This document shows, piece by piece, positions 25,843 through 35,051 of a stretch of DNA of 48,834 bases. Origin of the DNA: an uncultured Saprospiraceae bacterium (GTDB taxonomy: Bacteria; Bacteroidota; Bacteroidia; Chitinophagales; Saprospiraceae); contig CAZKDA010000006.1 in the NCBI GenBank assembly GCA_964551455.1, forward strand, positions 1 to 48,834, written 5' to 3'. The notes beneath the pieces were generated by a model. The model made no database searches. It was not told the DNA's origin and worked only from the letters and a program-made list of their open reading frames with translations. Every line of letters begins with the position of its first letter. Position 1 is the first letter of the stretch. The translations under genes and the position numbers were made by a program.

Positions 25843-28800
25843 CTATTGGCTCAGGTCCCATACCCAGTTTCCCTCCGAATCGAAATAACCTAATTTATCT
25901 CCTTGTTCTACACGAAACAGACCGCGCCCGGCATAGCTGATGTATTCAAAGTCCGGGTTGACGATCAGATCGCCCCGGAGGTTGGTGAGGCCGCTAAAAC
26001 TTTTTATCCTGACCTGGGCGTAGCCATCCACGAATTTGTCAATCTTATCATACTTCGGCGAAATGATCTCTATGCCTTTTTGGTTGACAATACCCCATTG
26101 GCCGTTTTGGTTGGATTGTACAACGGCGATTCCATGTTGGTAACTTTCGGCTTCCTGGTAAATCCCATCGTAAACCTTTGCGTGCTGGGTGATGTAATAA
26201 AACTGGAAATTGGTATCGCGCACCAGGCCTCTGCCATTGTTAAAACCGTACAAGCGGTTGATGCTGGGTTCGATGATCTTGTTGCCTTCCATGTCGATCA
26301 GGCCACCCTTTTTGTAACCTTTATAAACCACGGCTTTGCCATCCTGAAAATCGAGGCATTTGGAATATTCCAGCATGACAATTTCCTCGCCGGCATAATT
26401 GATGTATCCGCAAAGTCCTTCCTTTTGCACCGCAGCACGACCTTCACTGAAAGGAGAAACTCTTGAATAAATGTTCGGGACAACCAGCCTGCCCCTGGTA
26501 TTGATGTAGCCATAACCGTTTTTCAGCTTTACGGCGGCCAGCCCTTCACTGAAGGGTTCAATTTTTCTGAAAGCTTTGTTGGTAACAAACTGCCCTGAAC
26601 GCTTGATAAGTTTGTAACGGATATTGGATCTGCCGATCTGAACCACTGCCAGGTTATTTTCATCAAACTCGTCCATGAAGGAAAATTTCGGTGGGAGGAT
26701 GTATTCGCCCTGCTGGTCGATCAGCCCGTATTTTCCACCATCAACCACACGTGCCACACCCATGTCAAAATCAAAAGCTTTATCGAATTTTGGTTCGATC
26801 ACAAACCGGTTGTGGATATCGATGTAACCGACACCCTTTGGTGTGACCGCCCAGGCTTTGCCGTTTTTGAAATTACCGAGGCGCGTATATTCAAATTTGA
26901 CGATCACTTCACCCTGGCAATCGATCAGCCCCCATCGGTTTCCGAGCTTAACGGCGGCCATGTTGTTGTGGAAATTCTTGACAGCTTTGTAACGACAGGG
27001 GATGATCTCTTCGCCTTCGTCGTTCACAAAACCCCACAAACCGTTTCGTTTTACGGCAAGCTTGCCTTCGCTGAAACCTCCGAGTTCGTCATATTTCAAA
27101 TTGACTGTTACGCGACCAAGTGTATCGATCAGGCCATATTTGTGATCGTTGTTGTAAACACGAAGTATTTTGTTATCGGTATTTTCCAGGAAGTGGATGC
27201 CGTCATATTGGAAAGGGATCAGCAATTTGTCGGTAGCATCCACCATACCCCATTTGTCTTCGTATCGAACAATTCCGACTTCGTTCAGAAAATCGCGGGC
27301 AAAAGTGAATTGCGTTTGAACCGCCGTAGCTCCGGAGGTTTCGACATAACCCCATTCACAGCCTTCACATATTACTTCAGCATCTTCCTTGAATTCTTTA
27401 TCGTAAAGGGTATAATCGATCATTTCACTCTTGGTGAGCATGTTGTCGAGGTAAGTTGACAAGCTGCCCAGGCCGCTGGCTTTATTCGTAAAGCTCCCCG
27501 ACAGTTTCCCTTTTACACTGAACCGGGCTACGCCATCGTGGAATTCTCCGATGTAGGCGCAATCTTTCCTGAGCATCAGACCAACGGGGTTGCGGCTCAC
27601 CAGCCCGTGGCGGCCATTGCTGAACACGACTCTTGCGCTCTCGTGCCCCTCATTAAAATCACTGATTCGGATATCCCACATGTTCACTTCGGTGACGAGC
27701 AAACCCACGTCGTTATTGACGATGCCAAAGACCATATTGAAGCGGTAGTTCGTTTTTTCAAACTGATAATAGCTGAGTTGTTCGATGCCTACGATCGTAA
27801 AACCATAATCGCGTTCGACCCGGATAAAATCGAAGGTGGGCTTTATCTGGTCGGTTCCGTCATCAAGGCGCCGCAAGCCCCATTTATCGGCTTCCGATGA
27901 GTAAAACCATTCAAACTTACTCAGTGTATAGTCATTTTCAGGAAGGCCGATCCGGTTGGGAAACCTGCCTACGCCTCTTTTTTTACCGATGGTTATCGTG
28001 TAGTATTTTTTAAAACTGTTCTCATCTTTCAGCAATCCTTCATCGTCCAGTGAGAAGAGGCTCAGGGATTCGCCTTTATAAGCTTTCGCCTGATCAGGTT
28101 CCAGTTCGATCCTGTCAAATTCGATAGGCACCACGAGTTCGCCTTCGTAATTGGCGATGCCAAAGCGGTTGTCCAGTTTCACCAGGCAATTGCGGTTTTT
28201 CAGCGGAGCGATGTAATCATAATCGAAAGGAATGATCAATTCATTGTTTTTGGCCACGACGCCCCATTTATTGTTCACTTTTACGCGAAAACGGTCTTCA
28301 TCGAAAACCTGGATCTCGCTGTACTGAACCGACAAAACCAGGTCGCCATCGAGGTTCATCAAACCCAACTGGCGATCTTGTTTGCACAAAATGTAATTCG
28401 ATGAAAAAGGATAGAACTCGTCAAAGTTGTCCTTGGCAATTATTTTTTCGGAAGCGATGGAATACAGATAAACGGAGTTGTCCTTTGTAAGCTTTAAAAA
28501 ATTGGTTGAAATGTTTTTATAGTTTTGATATTCCGGCGCCAGCACTTTTTCGCCTTTGCGGTTTACAGCCCCCCAATTGTATTTTATTTTATAAAAAAAC
28601 AAATCTTCATTATAGATACGGACATCATCACATTGTGGGGGTAATATTTCTTCTCCGGTATCTGAAAGCAATCCCTTTTTTCCATTGATCCTGGTGATGA
28701 AATAACCTTCTTCAAAAGGTTGGATGCTTTCATAAACCGGTTTGCATATCGTTTTTCCGGAATAATCAACCACACCCCAAAAACCGTCTTTCATAAATGT

Positions 28801-29199
28801 CAGGAACCTTCCGTTCCAGGCGTTCACTCGTTCATAACCCTTTTTCAGAATGATCTCTTCATCGAGGTTGATCACCATCCATTCGTCGTCGTCCATCACG
28901 GCGATCATAGTTGAATCCAACACTTTCAGGTCTTCATACTTCGGCGGGATCATTTCGCGGGCATCCTCACCCAACATGCCTACTTTTCCCTCGCGTTGCA
29001 TCACTGCGTATCCAAACTTTTTGAACTCCCCGATAGCATCGTACACAGGCGGTTGAATGATGTGACCGTCCGGATCCATCAAACCCCATTTTTTATTTAA
29101 CTTGATCGGAAAATATTGTTGGGCGGTAATGGCTGCTTGAAAAAAAATTGATAATAAAACTATAAAAATCAATCGCATAGATATTAAGGTATTAAGCAA
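25843..29199 (-). CDS. WG-repeat (KWG) containing giant exported protein
   Basis: 1118-aa ORF with a signal peptide. It carries dozens of ~35-aa repeats with the ..KWG(L/V)(I/V)(D/N)..G..(I/V).P.(Y/F)D.(I/V)..F..G.A.V pattern. Confidence 0.85.
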   Translation of the reverse strand: MLNTLISMRLIFIVLLSIFFQAAITAQQYFPIKLNKKWGLMDPDGHIIQPPVYDAIGEFKKFGYAVMQREGKVGMLGEDAREMIPPKYEDLKVLDSTMIAVMDDDEWMVINLDEEIILKKGYERVNAWNGRFLTFMKDGFWGVVDYSGKTICKPVYESIQPFEEGYFITRINGKKGLLSDTGEEILPPQCDDVRIYNEDLFFYKIKYNWGAVNRKGEKVLAPEYQNYKNISTNFLKLTKDNSVYLYSIASEKIIAKDNFDEFYPFSSNYILCKQDRQLGLMNLDGDLVLSVQYSEIQVFDEDRFRVKVNNKWGVVAKNNELIIPFDYDYIAPLKNRNCLVKLDNRFGIANYEGELVVPIEFDRIELEPDQAKAYKGESLSLFSLDDEGLLKDENSFKKYYTITIGKKRGVGRFPNRIGLPENDYTLSKFEWFYSSEADKWGLRRLDDGTDQIKPTFDFIRVERDYGFTIVGIEQLSYYQFEKTNYRFNMVFGIVNNDVGLLVTEVNMWDIRISDFNEGHESARVVFSNGRHGLVSRNPVGLMLRKDCAYIGEFHDGVARFSVKGKLSGSFTNKASGLGSLSTYLDNMLTKSEMIDYTLYDKEFKEDAEVICEGCEWGYVETSGATAVQTQFTFARDFLNEVGIVRYEDKWGMVDATDKLLIPFQYDGIHFLENTDNKILRVYNNDHKYGLIDTLGRVTVNLKYDELGGFSEGKLAVKRNGLWGFVNDEGEEIIPCRYKAVKNFHNNMAAVKLGNRWGLIDCQGEVIVKFEYTRLGNFKNGKAWAVTPKGVGYIDIHNRFVIEPKFDKAFDFDMGVARVVDGGKYGLIDQQGEYILPPKFSFMDEFDENNLAVVQIGRSNIRYKLIKRSGQFVTNKAFRKIEPFSEGLAAVKLKNGYGYINTRGRLVVPNIYSRVSPFSEGRAAVQKEGLCGYINYAGEEIVMLEYSKCLDFQDGKAVVYKGYKKGGLIDMEGNKIIEPSINRLYGFNNGRGLVRDTNFQFYYITQHAKVYDGIYQEAESYQHGIAVVQSNQNGQWGIVNQKGIEIISPKYDKIDKFVDGYAQVRIKSFSGLTNLRGDLIVNPDFEYISYAGRGLFRVEQGDKLGYFDSEGNWVWDLSQ

Positions 29200-29426
29200 C
29201 TGACAAAATCAAAAAATTAGTATGTAAAGGTTTAAATTAAGAATGTGCAGGAAATCAATTTTTTTATGAGTGGTGGTCAGTTCTAAGCGTTTATTGAAAC
29301 TATTAATGACCGATAAGTCCAAAAGTAACAGATTCAACGTAATTTTGAACGAATATGAACCATAAATTTGGCAGTTTTAACATTTTTCGAAATTTAGCGC
29401 TTGTTTTGTAAAAGGAAGTTTGTGGT

Positions 29427-29620
29427 GGTTCATTGTTCATTGTTTATGGTTTGTAGTTAGTGGTTAGCAACCAGCAACCCCGACTGGCCCCGACAGGTCG
29501 GGGCCAGTCGGGGCAGGCTAGAAATCCCGACACGCGTGCCACTGCCATCGGCCACGCTGGTGGCGTGGCAGGCTGTGGTCGGGAAAACTAGAAACTTCAC
29601 AACTTCACAACTTCACAACA
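29427..29620. repeat. composite intergenic element: degenerate 7-mers, GC-rich nested hairpins, TTCACAAC array
   Basis: ggttcat tgttcat tgtttat ggtttgt agttagt ggttagc (29427-29468). Perfect 17-nt inverted repeat ccccgactggccccgac / gtcggggccagtcgggg (29478-29513). tcccgac (29525-31) ... gtcggga (29578-84) encloses gccacgc-tggtg-gcgtggc. Then (cttcacaa)x3 (29594-29617). Confidence 0.85.
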
Positions 29621-29629
29621 CCAACCCGA

Positions 29630-30322
29630 ATGCAAGTCAAAAAACTCGAACGCTACATCGGCCAGTTCAAACGATTTTTGGAACGGGATAAGAACTTCGC
29701 CGAAATGTACCGCTGGGAATCGCTGTTTTGTTTTCGTAAAAACTGGGACATCGATGCGGAGGATTTTGCCGCGATGTACGACCGCAGCCTGCAAAGCACC
29801 CGCAGCCGCCGACTTTGGAAGCGGGAAAGCTGGGAACCGAAAGCGATCATGTTGAAATTTTGTGCAATGCAGCCGGAGTTTGTCCGGAGCATGTTTATAA
29901 ATCTTTTTGACGAAGAAAAGCCTGTTGATAGCAGGATTTCAAAGTTCCGGTTTTGCTGTGATGATCTGCTGGAAGAATACAGGGATCGCAACAAGCGGTC
30001 GATTGAAAACAACCATTACCACGATGATTTCCAAATGGTTATGCTCTACCTCGCTTTTCACTTTCCAGAAAAATATACCTTGTACAATTATCCCGCTTTC
30101 AGCAAAACCATGGATATGCTTGGCGTCCCGGATATTCCCAATCCTTACGACATCGAACGTTTCATCAAGCTCACGAAAATCCTGAATACCTTTTTGCAAA
30201 AAGATAATGCCCTCCTCGAATTACAAAATAACCGTTTGTCAAAAAATAATTTGCCACCAGAAGCCGGCGCTTTGCTTGTTCATGATTTTTATACTTCAGT
30301 TGAGTTTTCAGGGGGGATTTGA
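29630..30322 (+). CDS. hypothetical protein resembling the N-terminal module of McrB-like/AAA restriction-associated proteins
   Basis: 230-aa ORF. The segment YRWESLFCFRKNWDIDAEDFAAMYDRSL...MFINLFDEEKPVDSRISKF matches, from memory, the YKWEa...F...WDidAeDF..Ml..sl...NLfDe motif found upstream of McrB-type NTPase domains. No NTPase domain follows here. Confidence 0.4.
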   Translation: MQVKKLERYIGQFKRFLERDKNFAEMYRWESLFCFRKNWDIDAEDFAAMYDRSLQSTRSRRLWKRESWEPKAIMLKFCAMQPEFVRSMFINLFDEEKPVDSRISKFRFCCDDLLEEYRDRNKRSIENNHYHDDFQMVMLYLAFHFPEKYTLYNYPAFSKTMDMLGVPDIPNPYDIERFIKLTKILNTFLQKDNALLELQNNRLSKNNLPPEAGALLVHDFYTSVEFSGGI

Positions 30323-30443
30323 GGGGATAGGGGATAGTCACGCCAAAGCTTGACGGAGATAGTAGGGAATGCGAACAGTGAACAGAAAACCGCAAACCAA
30401 CTCTTGCTGAGTTTATCACATTATTTAACCTATAGCCCATAAC
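30323..30443. repeat. composite low-complexity repeat block
   Basis: ggggatag gggatag; gaacagtgaacagaaaaccgcaaacc; tatcacattat; aacctatagcccataacctataacc. These are the same word families as the arrays at 10.7, 14.7 and 19.7 kb. Confidence 0.6.
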
Positions 30444-31307
30444 CTATAACCTTTCCATAATAGCTCTCAACGCATCATCTATCAAAGGAGGATTGAAACC
30501 CAGGTTATAAGCCTTGCGGCTATCCAGCGAAACATCGGCGGGACGGGCAGCCGGCATTTTTACTGATTCGCGCAACGCCGCTTTGATCTGCGTTTCCGGC
30601 AAACGGAAAACCCTGGCCATTTTTATTGCAAAATCGTAGCGGGGGAGCCTTTCTTTGCCACCGATGTGCCAGGTTCCGGAAGCCCGTTTTTTCAGCAACA
30701 ATAACATGCCTTTGATAGCGTCTTCGGCGCTGATCGTGGAACGGAACTCATCCGTGAAAGCCGTGACCGTGTCGCCTTTCTTCAGCGCATCTATCCAGCT
30801 TTTCATAAAACCGCCGTTGCCAAAAATAACCGGCAAACGTGCGACAATGGCACGAGAATGAGTTGTCATGACCAAAGTTTCCGCCTTTGCTTTGTGGCGA
30901 CCGTAGATCATCAAAGGTTTCAAGCCGGCTGTTTCGACATAAGGCGCTTTTTCTCCATCGAAGACCAAATCGGTGGAAACGAAAAGCAAGGGAATTTTTT
31001 GTTCAGAACAAAGCCTCGCAATTTCTCCGGTGGCCAGCACATTGACGGCATAAGACTCTTCGGGGTTCAGTTCGCAATAATTGGAATTGGAAAGCGCGGC
31101 AAGGTGGATCACCGCTGCGGGTTTTGTTACCTGAAAAACATTTTCAAGGTCATTGTTTTCAGTAATATCACAACGCATGGTTTCTACATTCGGAAATCCG
31201 ACCTCGTGGTTGCAATACAAACCTGTGATGCTCCAGTCTTGTTGTTGAAAATGAGCAAACTCCTTTCCCAAGAAGCCTGAAATGCCGGTGACGAGGAGCT
31301 TTTTCAT
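30444..31307 (-). CDS. RmlD-like SDR NAD(P)-dependent sugar reductase/epimerase family protein
   Basis: 287-aa ORF with an N-terminal Rossmann motif (LLVTGISGFLG), catalytic YGRHK (YxxxK), and STDLVFDG typical of the RmlD substrate-binding family. Confidence 0.7.
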   Translation of the reverse strand: MKKLLVTGISGFLGKEFAHFQQQDWSITGLYCNHEVGFPNVETMRCDITENNDLENVFQVTKPAAVIHLAALSNSNYCELNPEESYAVNVLATGEIARLCSEQKIPLLFVSTDLVFDGEKAPYVETAGLKPLMIYGRHKAKAETLVMTTHSRAIVARLPVIFGNGGFMKSWIDALKKGDTVTAFTDEFRSTISAEDAIKGMLLLLKKRASGTWHIGGKERLPRYDFAIKMARVFRLPETQIKAALRESVKMPAARPADVSLDSRKAYNLGFNPPLIDDALRAIMERL

Positions 31308-31732
31308 TTTTGAATGTAATGCGGACTAAAATCAACTTGTGTGCAAATTTAGTTTTCAAAAAATTAAGTTACGAATAAGTTCGGCTCAAAGTATTATTCA
31401 AAAAATTAAATCGACATTTTGAAATTTTATCGCATGATTGTATTGGGTCTGGGTCACATTTAAAAAAAGCCACTAATTCACGAATGAAAAACAAATTTGT
31501 GTTCTGGCAGTAGTTTTCGAGAACTATAACATTTTTACAAAAATTCAACCCTTAAGCCATTGTTAAATAACAATGAACATGTCGAACTATGTTTTAATCC
31601 TTCCTAAGTCATTTAATCTGATTTGAGAAACCTACAGGATGGATGATGTGCATGGATAGTTTCTTAAACCTCCTGCCCGGATGAAAGATTTAAAAAGCTT
31701 TGCTTTCTCCATTCCCCACCCCCACAAGTTTC

Positions 31733-31755
31733 TCACCCCGGCACAAATGTCGGGG
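31733..31755 (-). repeat. CCCCGACA-loop-GTGCCGGGGTGA hairpin module (copy in minus orientation)
   Basis: The reverse complement of tcaccccggcacaaatgtcgggg is ccccgacatttgtgccggggtga, which compares with ccccgacacaagtgccggggtga at 42698-42720. It lies ~27 nt downstream of the symporter stop and could also act as a terminator hairpin. Confidence 0.65.
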
Positions 31756-31781
31756 CATTTAAACCTCTTGCGAATATGTTC

Positions 31782-33401
31782 TTAAAAAATTCTACAAAAT
31801 GGCTTTTCCAAAACTTTAGGCGGAGCAATTTTTTGCGTCAAGCGCGAAACGACAATGATGGCCAACAAACCGGAAACCATCGCCAGTGTACGAAAAGGAA
31901 ACAAAACTTCGTCGCCAACCGTCCAGGGATAATCGATCCTCAGGGGAATGCCAAGTGTCGGATCTCCGCCGCCAAAGCGCAAAACAAACGCAACAGCAAA
32001 TCCTGCAACGGCACCGTAAACATTCGCTTTTTTGTCGAAAAGCGCACAAACCAGCGCCGGAAACAACAAGCAATACACAAAATCGCTGCACAAAAACCAC
32101 AACTGATAGACGCTTTCGATGCGCAAAGCCAGCAGCGTCGCTGCGATCCCGACGATCCAAATACAGCGTTTGATCACTATTCTCAGGCCATCGGCGCTGA
32201 TCGCCGGATTCAGCAATGGCCGATACACGTTCCAACTCGCCATCGACGATGCGGAAAGGATCGACGAATCCACCGACGACATCACCGCCGCCGCCACCGC
32301 GCCCAAACCCAGGATCGCCACAACAGGGTGGGTCAGGTGTTTGATGACATGAGGCAACACCGTGGCTGCATTTTCGGGCGCCGGAAGATTCATCGCCTCC
32401 CAATCAGCTACTGCGCCGACGATCCCGATCAGCACCGACGGTATGGCCGCCAGAAGGCATACTATTCCTGCAATGACCGAAAGCCTGACCGCTGTGTTTT
32501 CGTCCTTTGAAGCCAAAACCCTTTGAAAATAAACCTGCCAGGGAATGCCCCCAAACATCAGCAGCAACGCATAGTCCCACCAAACCCAATAATAATTTCC
32601 CAAAGCTTCGCGGCTGGGAAAAGGACTGGCAGCCGCTCCCCTTTGCTCGACATACTCCGCCCAGGCCTGGTCAAGTCCGCCGACATGCTGCAAGGCAAAC
32701 GGAACGACGATGACCAAACCAACGATCAAAATGATCAACTGCACAATATCCGTCAAAGCCACAGCCCACAATCCGCCAATTGCCGTGTAGGCTATTGCGA
32801 TCAAAGCCGAGATCACGATGGCGGCCTGCATTTCAATGCCGAGTATGGTTCCGAAAGTAGCGCCGAGGGCGGTCAGGATCGCTGCCGTCCAGAAAATTTC
32901 TCCGCTCAGGGCGGGCAGGAAAAGCACGGCGGCCATGCGTTTGCCAAAGCGCTGTGCCAGGGGATCGAGCATGGTACTGAATTGATACCGCCGCATCTTC
33001 CTGGCGAAAAACAATCCGCCGATGATGAGGCTCATGGCATATCCCCAGGGAGCTTGCACCCACACCAGTCCATAATCCGCGCTGGCCGTGTATTCCGCCG
33101 TTCCGTTGATGTAGCCGCCGCCAACCCAGGTGGCGCTCATCGTGAAAACCGCCACAAAAAGCGGGATTGACCTTCCGGCCAACAACACTTCGGAAATATC
33201 ATTGCTCTTTTGCAAGGTGGCAGCATAAGCGCCCAGGAAAAAAATCAGCCCGTAGAAGAAAATCATCGAAATAAATCCCGGCCAGGAGACGTCGGAGTCG
33301 GTGAAGAAGAAAAGGTATAAGCCCGACAAAACCAAAACGCCAGTTAAAATGGCAATTGGTTTTATGAATGTGTGGAAAGAGTTATCCATTCGTTTTGTCA
33401 C
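31782..33401 (-). CDS. sodium:solute symporter, CHT1/SLC5A7-like high-affinity choline transporter family
   Basis: 539-aa polytopic ORF. Long by-eye colinear similarity to animal CHT1 as I recall it: FTMSATWVGGGYINGTAE, WVQAPWGYAMSLIIGGLFFA(R)KMR, TMLDPL(A)QR(F)GKRM, ALGATF, ISALIA..YT..GGLW(A)VA.TD(I)VQL. Confidence 0.75.
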   Translation of the reverse strand: MTKRMDNSFHTFIKPIAILTGVLVLSGLYLFFFTDSDVSWPGFISMIFFYGLIFFLGAYAATLQKSNDISEVLLAGRSIPLFVAVFTMSATWVGGGYINGTAEYTASADYGLVWVQAPWGYAMSLIIGGLFFARKMRRYQFSTMLDPLAQRFGKRMAAVLFLPALSGEIFWTAAILTALGATFGTILGIEMQAAIVISALIAIAYTAIGGLWAVALTDIVQLIILIVGLVIVVPFALQHVGGLDQAWAEYVEQRGAAASPFPSREALGNYYWVWWDYALLLMFGGIPWQVYFQRVLASKDENTAVRLSVIAGIVCLLAAIPSVLIGIVGAVADWEAMNLPAPENAATVLPHVIKHLTHPVVAILGLGAVAAAVMSSVDSSILSASSMASWNVYRPLLNPAISADGLRIVIKRCIWIVGIAATLLALRIESVYQLWFLCSDFVYCLLFPALVCALFDKKANVYGAVAGFAVAFVLRFGGGDPTLGIPLRIDYPWTVGDEVLFPFRTLAMVSGLLAIIVVSRLTQKIAPPKVLEKPFCRIF

Positions 33402-33403
33402 CT

Positions 33404-33433
33404 TTGAATGCTAACGGAATTCTTTTATATTTG
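33404..33433 (+). promoter_or_regulatory. Bacteroidota sigma-A-type promoter (-33 TTG / -7 TAnnTTTG)
   Basis: TTG at 33404-33406 and TATATTTG at 33426-33433, with a 19-nt spacer. The -7 box lies 30 nt upstream of the ATPase ATG (33464). Confidence 0.55.
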
Positions 33434-33463
33434 GATCGATCAAAACATTGACCGTTACTGCTA

Positions 33464-34567
33464 ATGAAAAATCCAATCAAAACGCTAAAGATAACCAATT
33501 TTAAATCGATCAAAACCCTACGGCTGGAGTGTGAGAGGATCAATGTTTTTGTGGGGAAACCGAATGTGGGAAAGTCCAATATTCTTGAGGCGTTGAGTTT
33601 GTTTTGTACGCCTTTTAGTATTCTGAATTTAAGGGATAAAAATATCTTGTCGGATTTTATCCGTTATAATTCGTTTTCAAATCTTTTTTATAACAACGAC
33701 CCTTCTCAACTTATTAAAGTTGAAACAAATATCGGCTGGGCTTTACTGAAATCTTCCCGGTATTATTTTGAATTGTTTTTGGGAAAAGACAGTAGAGAAT
33801 TTACCAAACCGGATTATTCTGACCAAACACCGGATGAGGTCAGAAAAAAGATCCTTGATTCCATGGATAAAAATGTCCAACCCGCCAAATCGATGATACC
33901 CAATTATTACGAACGATTCCAGGCGGACGGAAACCTCAACAACCCAAGTTCTTACAAGCAGCTTTTCCATATCCCAGTTAAAAAATACAGCTTCGGGCAA
34001 TTCGATCATAAAAAGCAAACTTTTGAAAACAACCTCCCGTATTTAATGCCTCCTGATGGCTCGAATCTTTTTGAAATCCTGCAAACCTACCCAAATTTGC
34101 GAAAACAAGTAGCGGCTTACTTCGATGAATATGGTCTCAAACTGTTGTTGGATTTTGAAAACAATTCTTTACAAGTCCAGAAAGAAGTGGATGGCGTGGC
34201 GTACAAAACCCCTTTCAACCTGATCGCCGATACTCTCCAAAGAATTATTTTTCACTATGCGGCCATTGAATCTAACAAAGATTCGGTATTATTATTCGAA
34301 GAGCCAGAAAACCATTCGTTTCCGCCCTATATCAGGGAATTGGCTGAAAAAATTGTCGAGGATAAGAGCAATCAATATTTTATTTCCACGCATAGTCCTT
34401 ATCTTTTGAATACCATCATTGAAAACGCAGATGATGTAGCTGTTTTTGTCATTGGCTTTAAAAACTTTGAAACGATTGCTTACCGACTTTCAGAAAAAGA
34501 TATTTCTGAAATTTCCAACTATGGAGTTGATGTGTTTTTCAATTTAAATTGGTTTGAGGATGAGTAG
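33464..34567 (+). CDS. ABC-type (AAA_15/AAA_21-like, OLD/AriA-like) ATPase, short form
   Basis: 367-aa ORF. The N-terminus LKITNFKSIKTLRLECERINVFVGKPNVGKSNILEAL holds the Walker A. A degenerate signature region follows (ADTLQRIIF), then Walker B VLLFEEPENHSFP and H-loop ISTHSPYLL. It looks more A+T-rich than its neighbours by eye. Confidence 0.75.
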   Translation: MKNPIKTLKITNFKSIKTLRLECERINVFVGKPNVGKSNILEALSLFCTPFSILNLRDKNILSDFIRYNSFSNLFYNNDPSQLIKVETNIGWALLKSSRYYFELFLGKDSREFTKPDYSDQTPDEVRKKILDSMDKNVQPAKSMIPNYYERFQADGNLNNPSSYKQLFHIPVKKYSFGQFDHKKQTFENNLPYLMPPDGSNLFEILQTYPNLRKQVAAYFDEYGLKLLLDFENNSLQVQKEVDGVAYKTPFNLIADTLQRIIFHYAAIESNKDSVLLFEEPENHSFPPYIRELAEKIVEDKSNQYFISTHSPYLLNTIIENADDVAVFVIGFKNFETIAYRLSEKDISEISNYGVDVFFNLNWFEDE

Positions 34568-35051
34568 AGAATTAAGGATACTCCCCGAATGCCATGCTGA
34601 TACCCTTTTGATTGAAATCTTAGGTTATAAAAAACCTAACCATCAGCCTAATATTAATGATGTTGCCAATTCCATGCTTCAAAAATATAATAATTCGTTG
34701 GCGATAGGGATAGTTGACAATGATAAAAAACAACCTCCATATTTTAAATCCTCATTCGAAATTCTCAAAGAACAAGATGGTTTGATTTTAAAAAAGAATC
34801 CTGAAAAACAACACTATTTGATTGTCATTTCACCCGCTTTTGAACAATGGATATTCAATGCGGCTCATCAAATTGAAATAAACCCAAGCGATTACGGAAT
34901 AGGAAACATGAAGTATTTTAAGTCCATCACAAAGAGCCGAAAGATATATTCCAATGAAAAGATGAAAGACTTTTTAAATACACTCGGGCAAAAAACCAAT
35001 TCGCCTGTTAAACTAATGGCTTCCTGGATAAAAGAAATCTTAGGTGAATAA
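34560..35051 (+). CDS. small stand-alone Toprim-like (DUF4435/OLD C-terminal-like) protein
   Basis: 163 aa from the ATG at 34560; the track ORF begins at a TTG at 34554. The ordered motifs are LPE10CHAD14 (E...D), GIVD53ND55KK (DxD) and ISPAFE95QW. The ATG overlaps the ATPase stop by 8 nt (ATGAGTAG). Confidence 0.55.
   Translation: MSRELRILPECHADTLLIEILGYKKPNHQPNINDVANSMLQKYNNSLAIGIVDNDKKQPPYFKSSFEILKEQDGLILKKNPEKQHYLIVISPAFEQWIFNAAHQIEINPSDYGIGNMKYFKSITKSRKIYSNEKMKDFLNTLGQKTNSPVKLMASWIKEILGE

Noticed and set aside
31776-33170. Long plus- and minus-frame ORFs (244, 215, 195, 95, 77, 76 aa) inside the choline symporter gene
   Set aside because: They are Arg/Gln/His/Pro-rich low-complexity translations antisense to, or out of frame with, a well-supported 539-aa transporter. 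They have no motifs.
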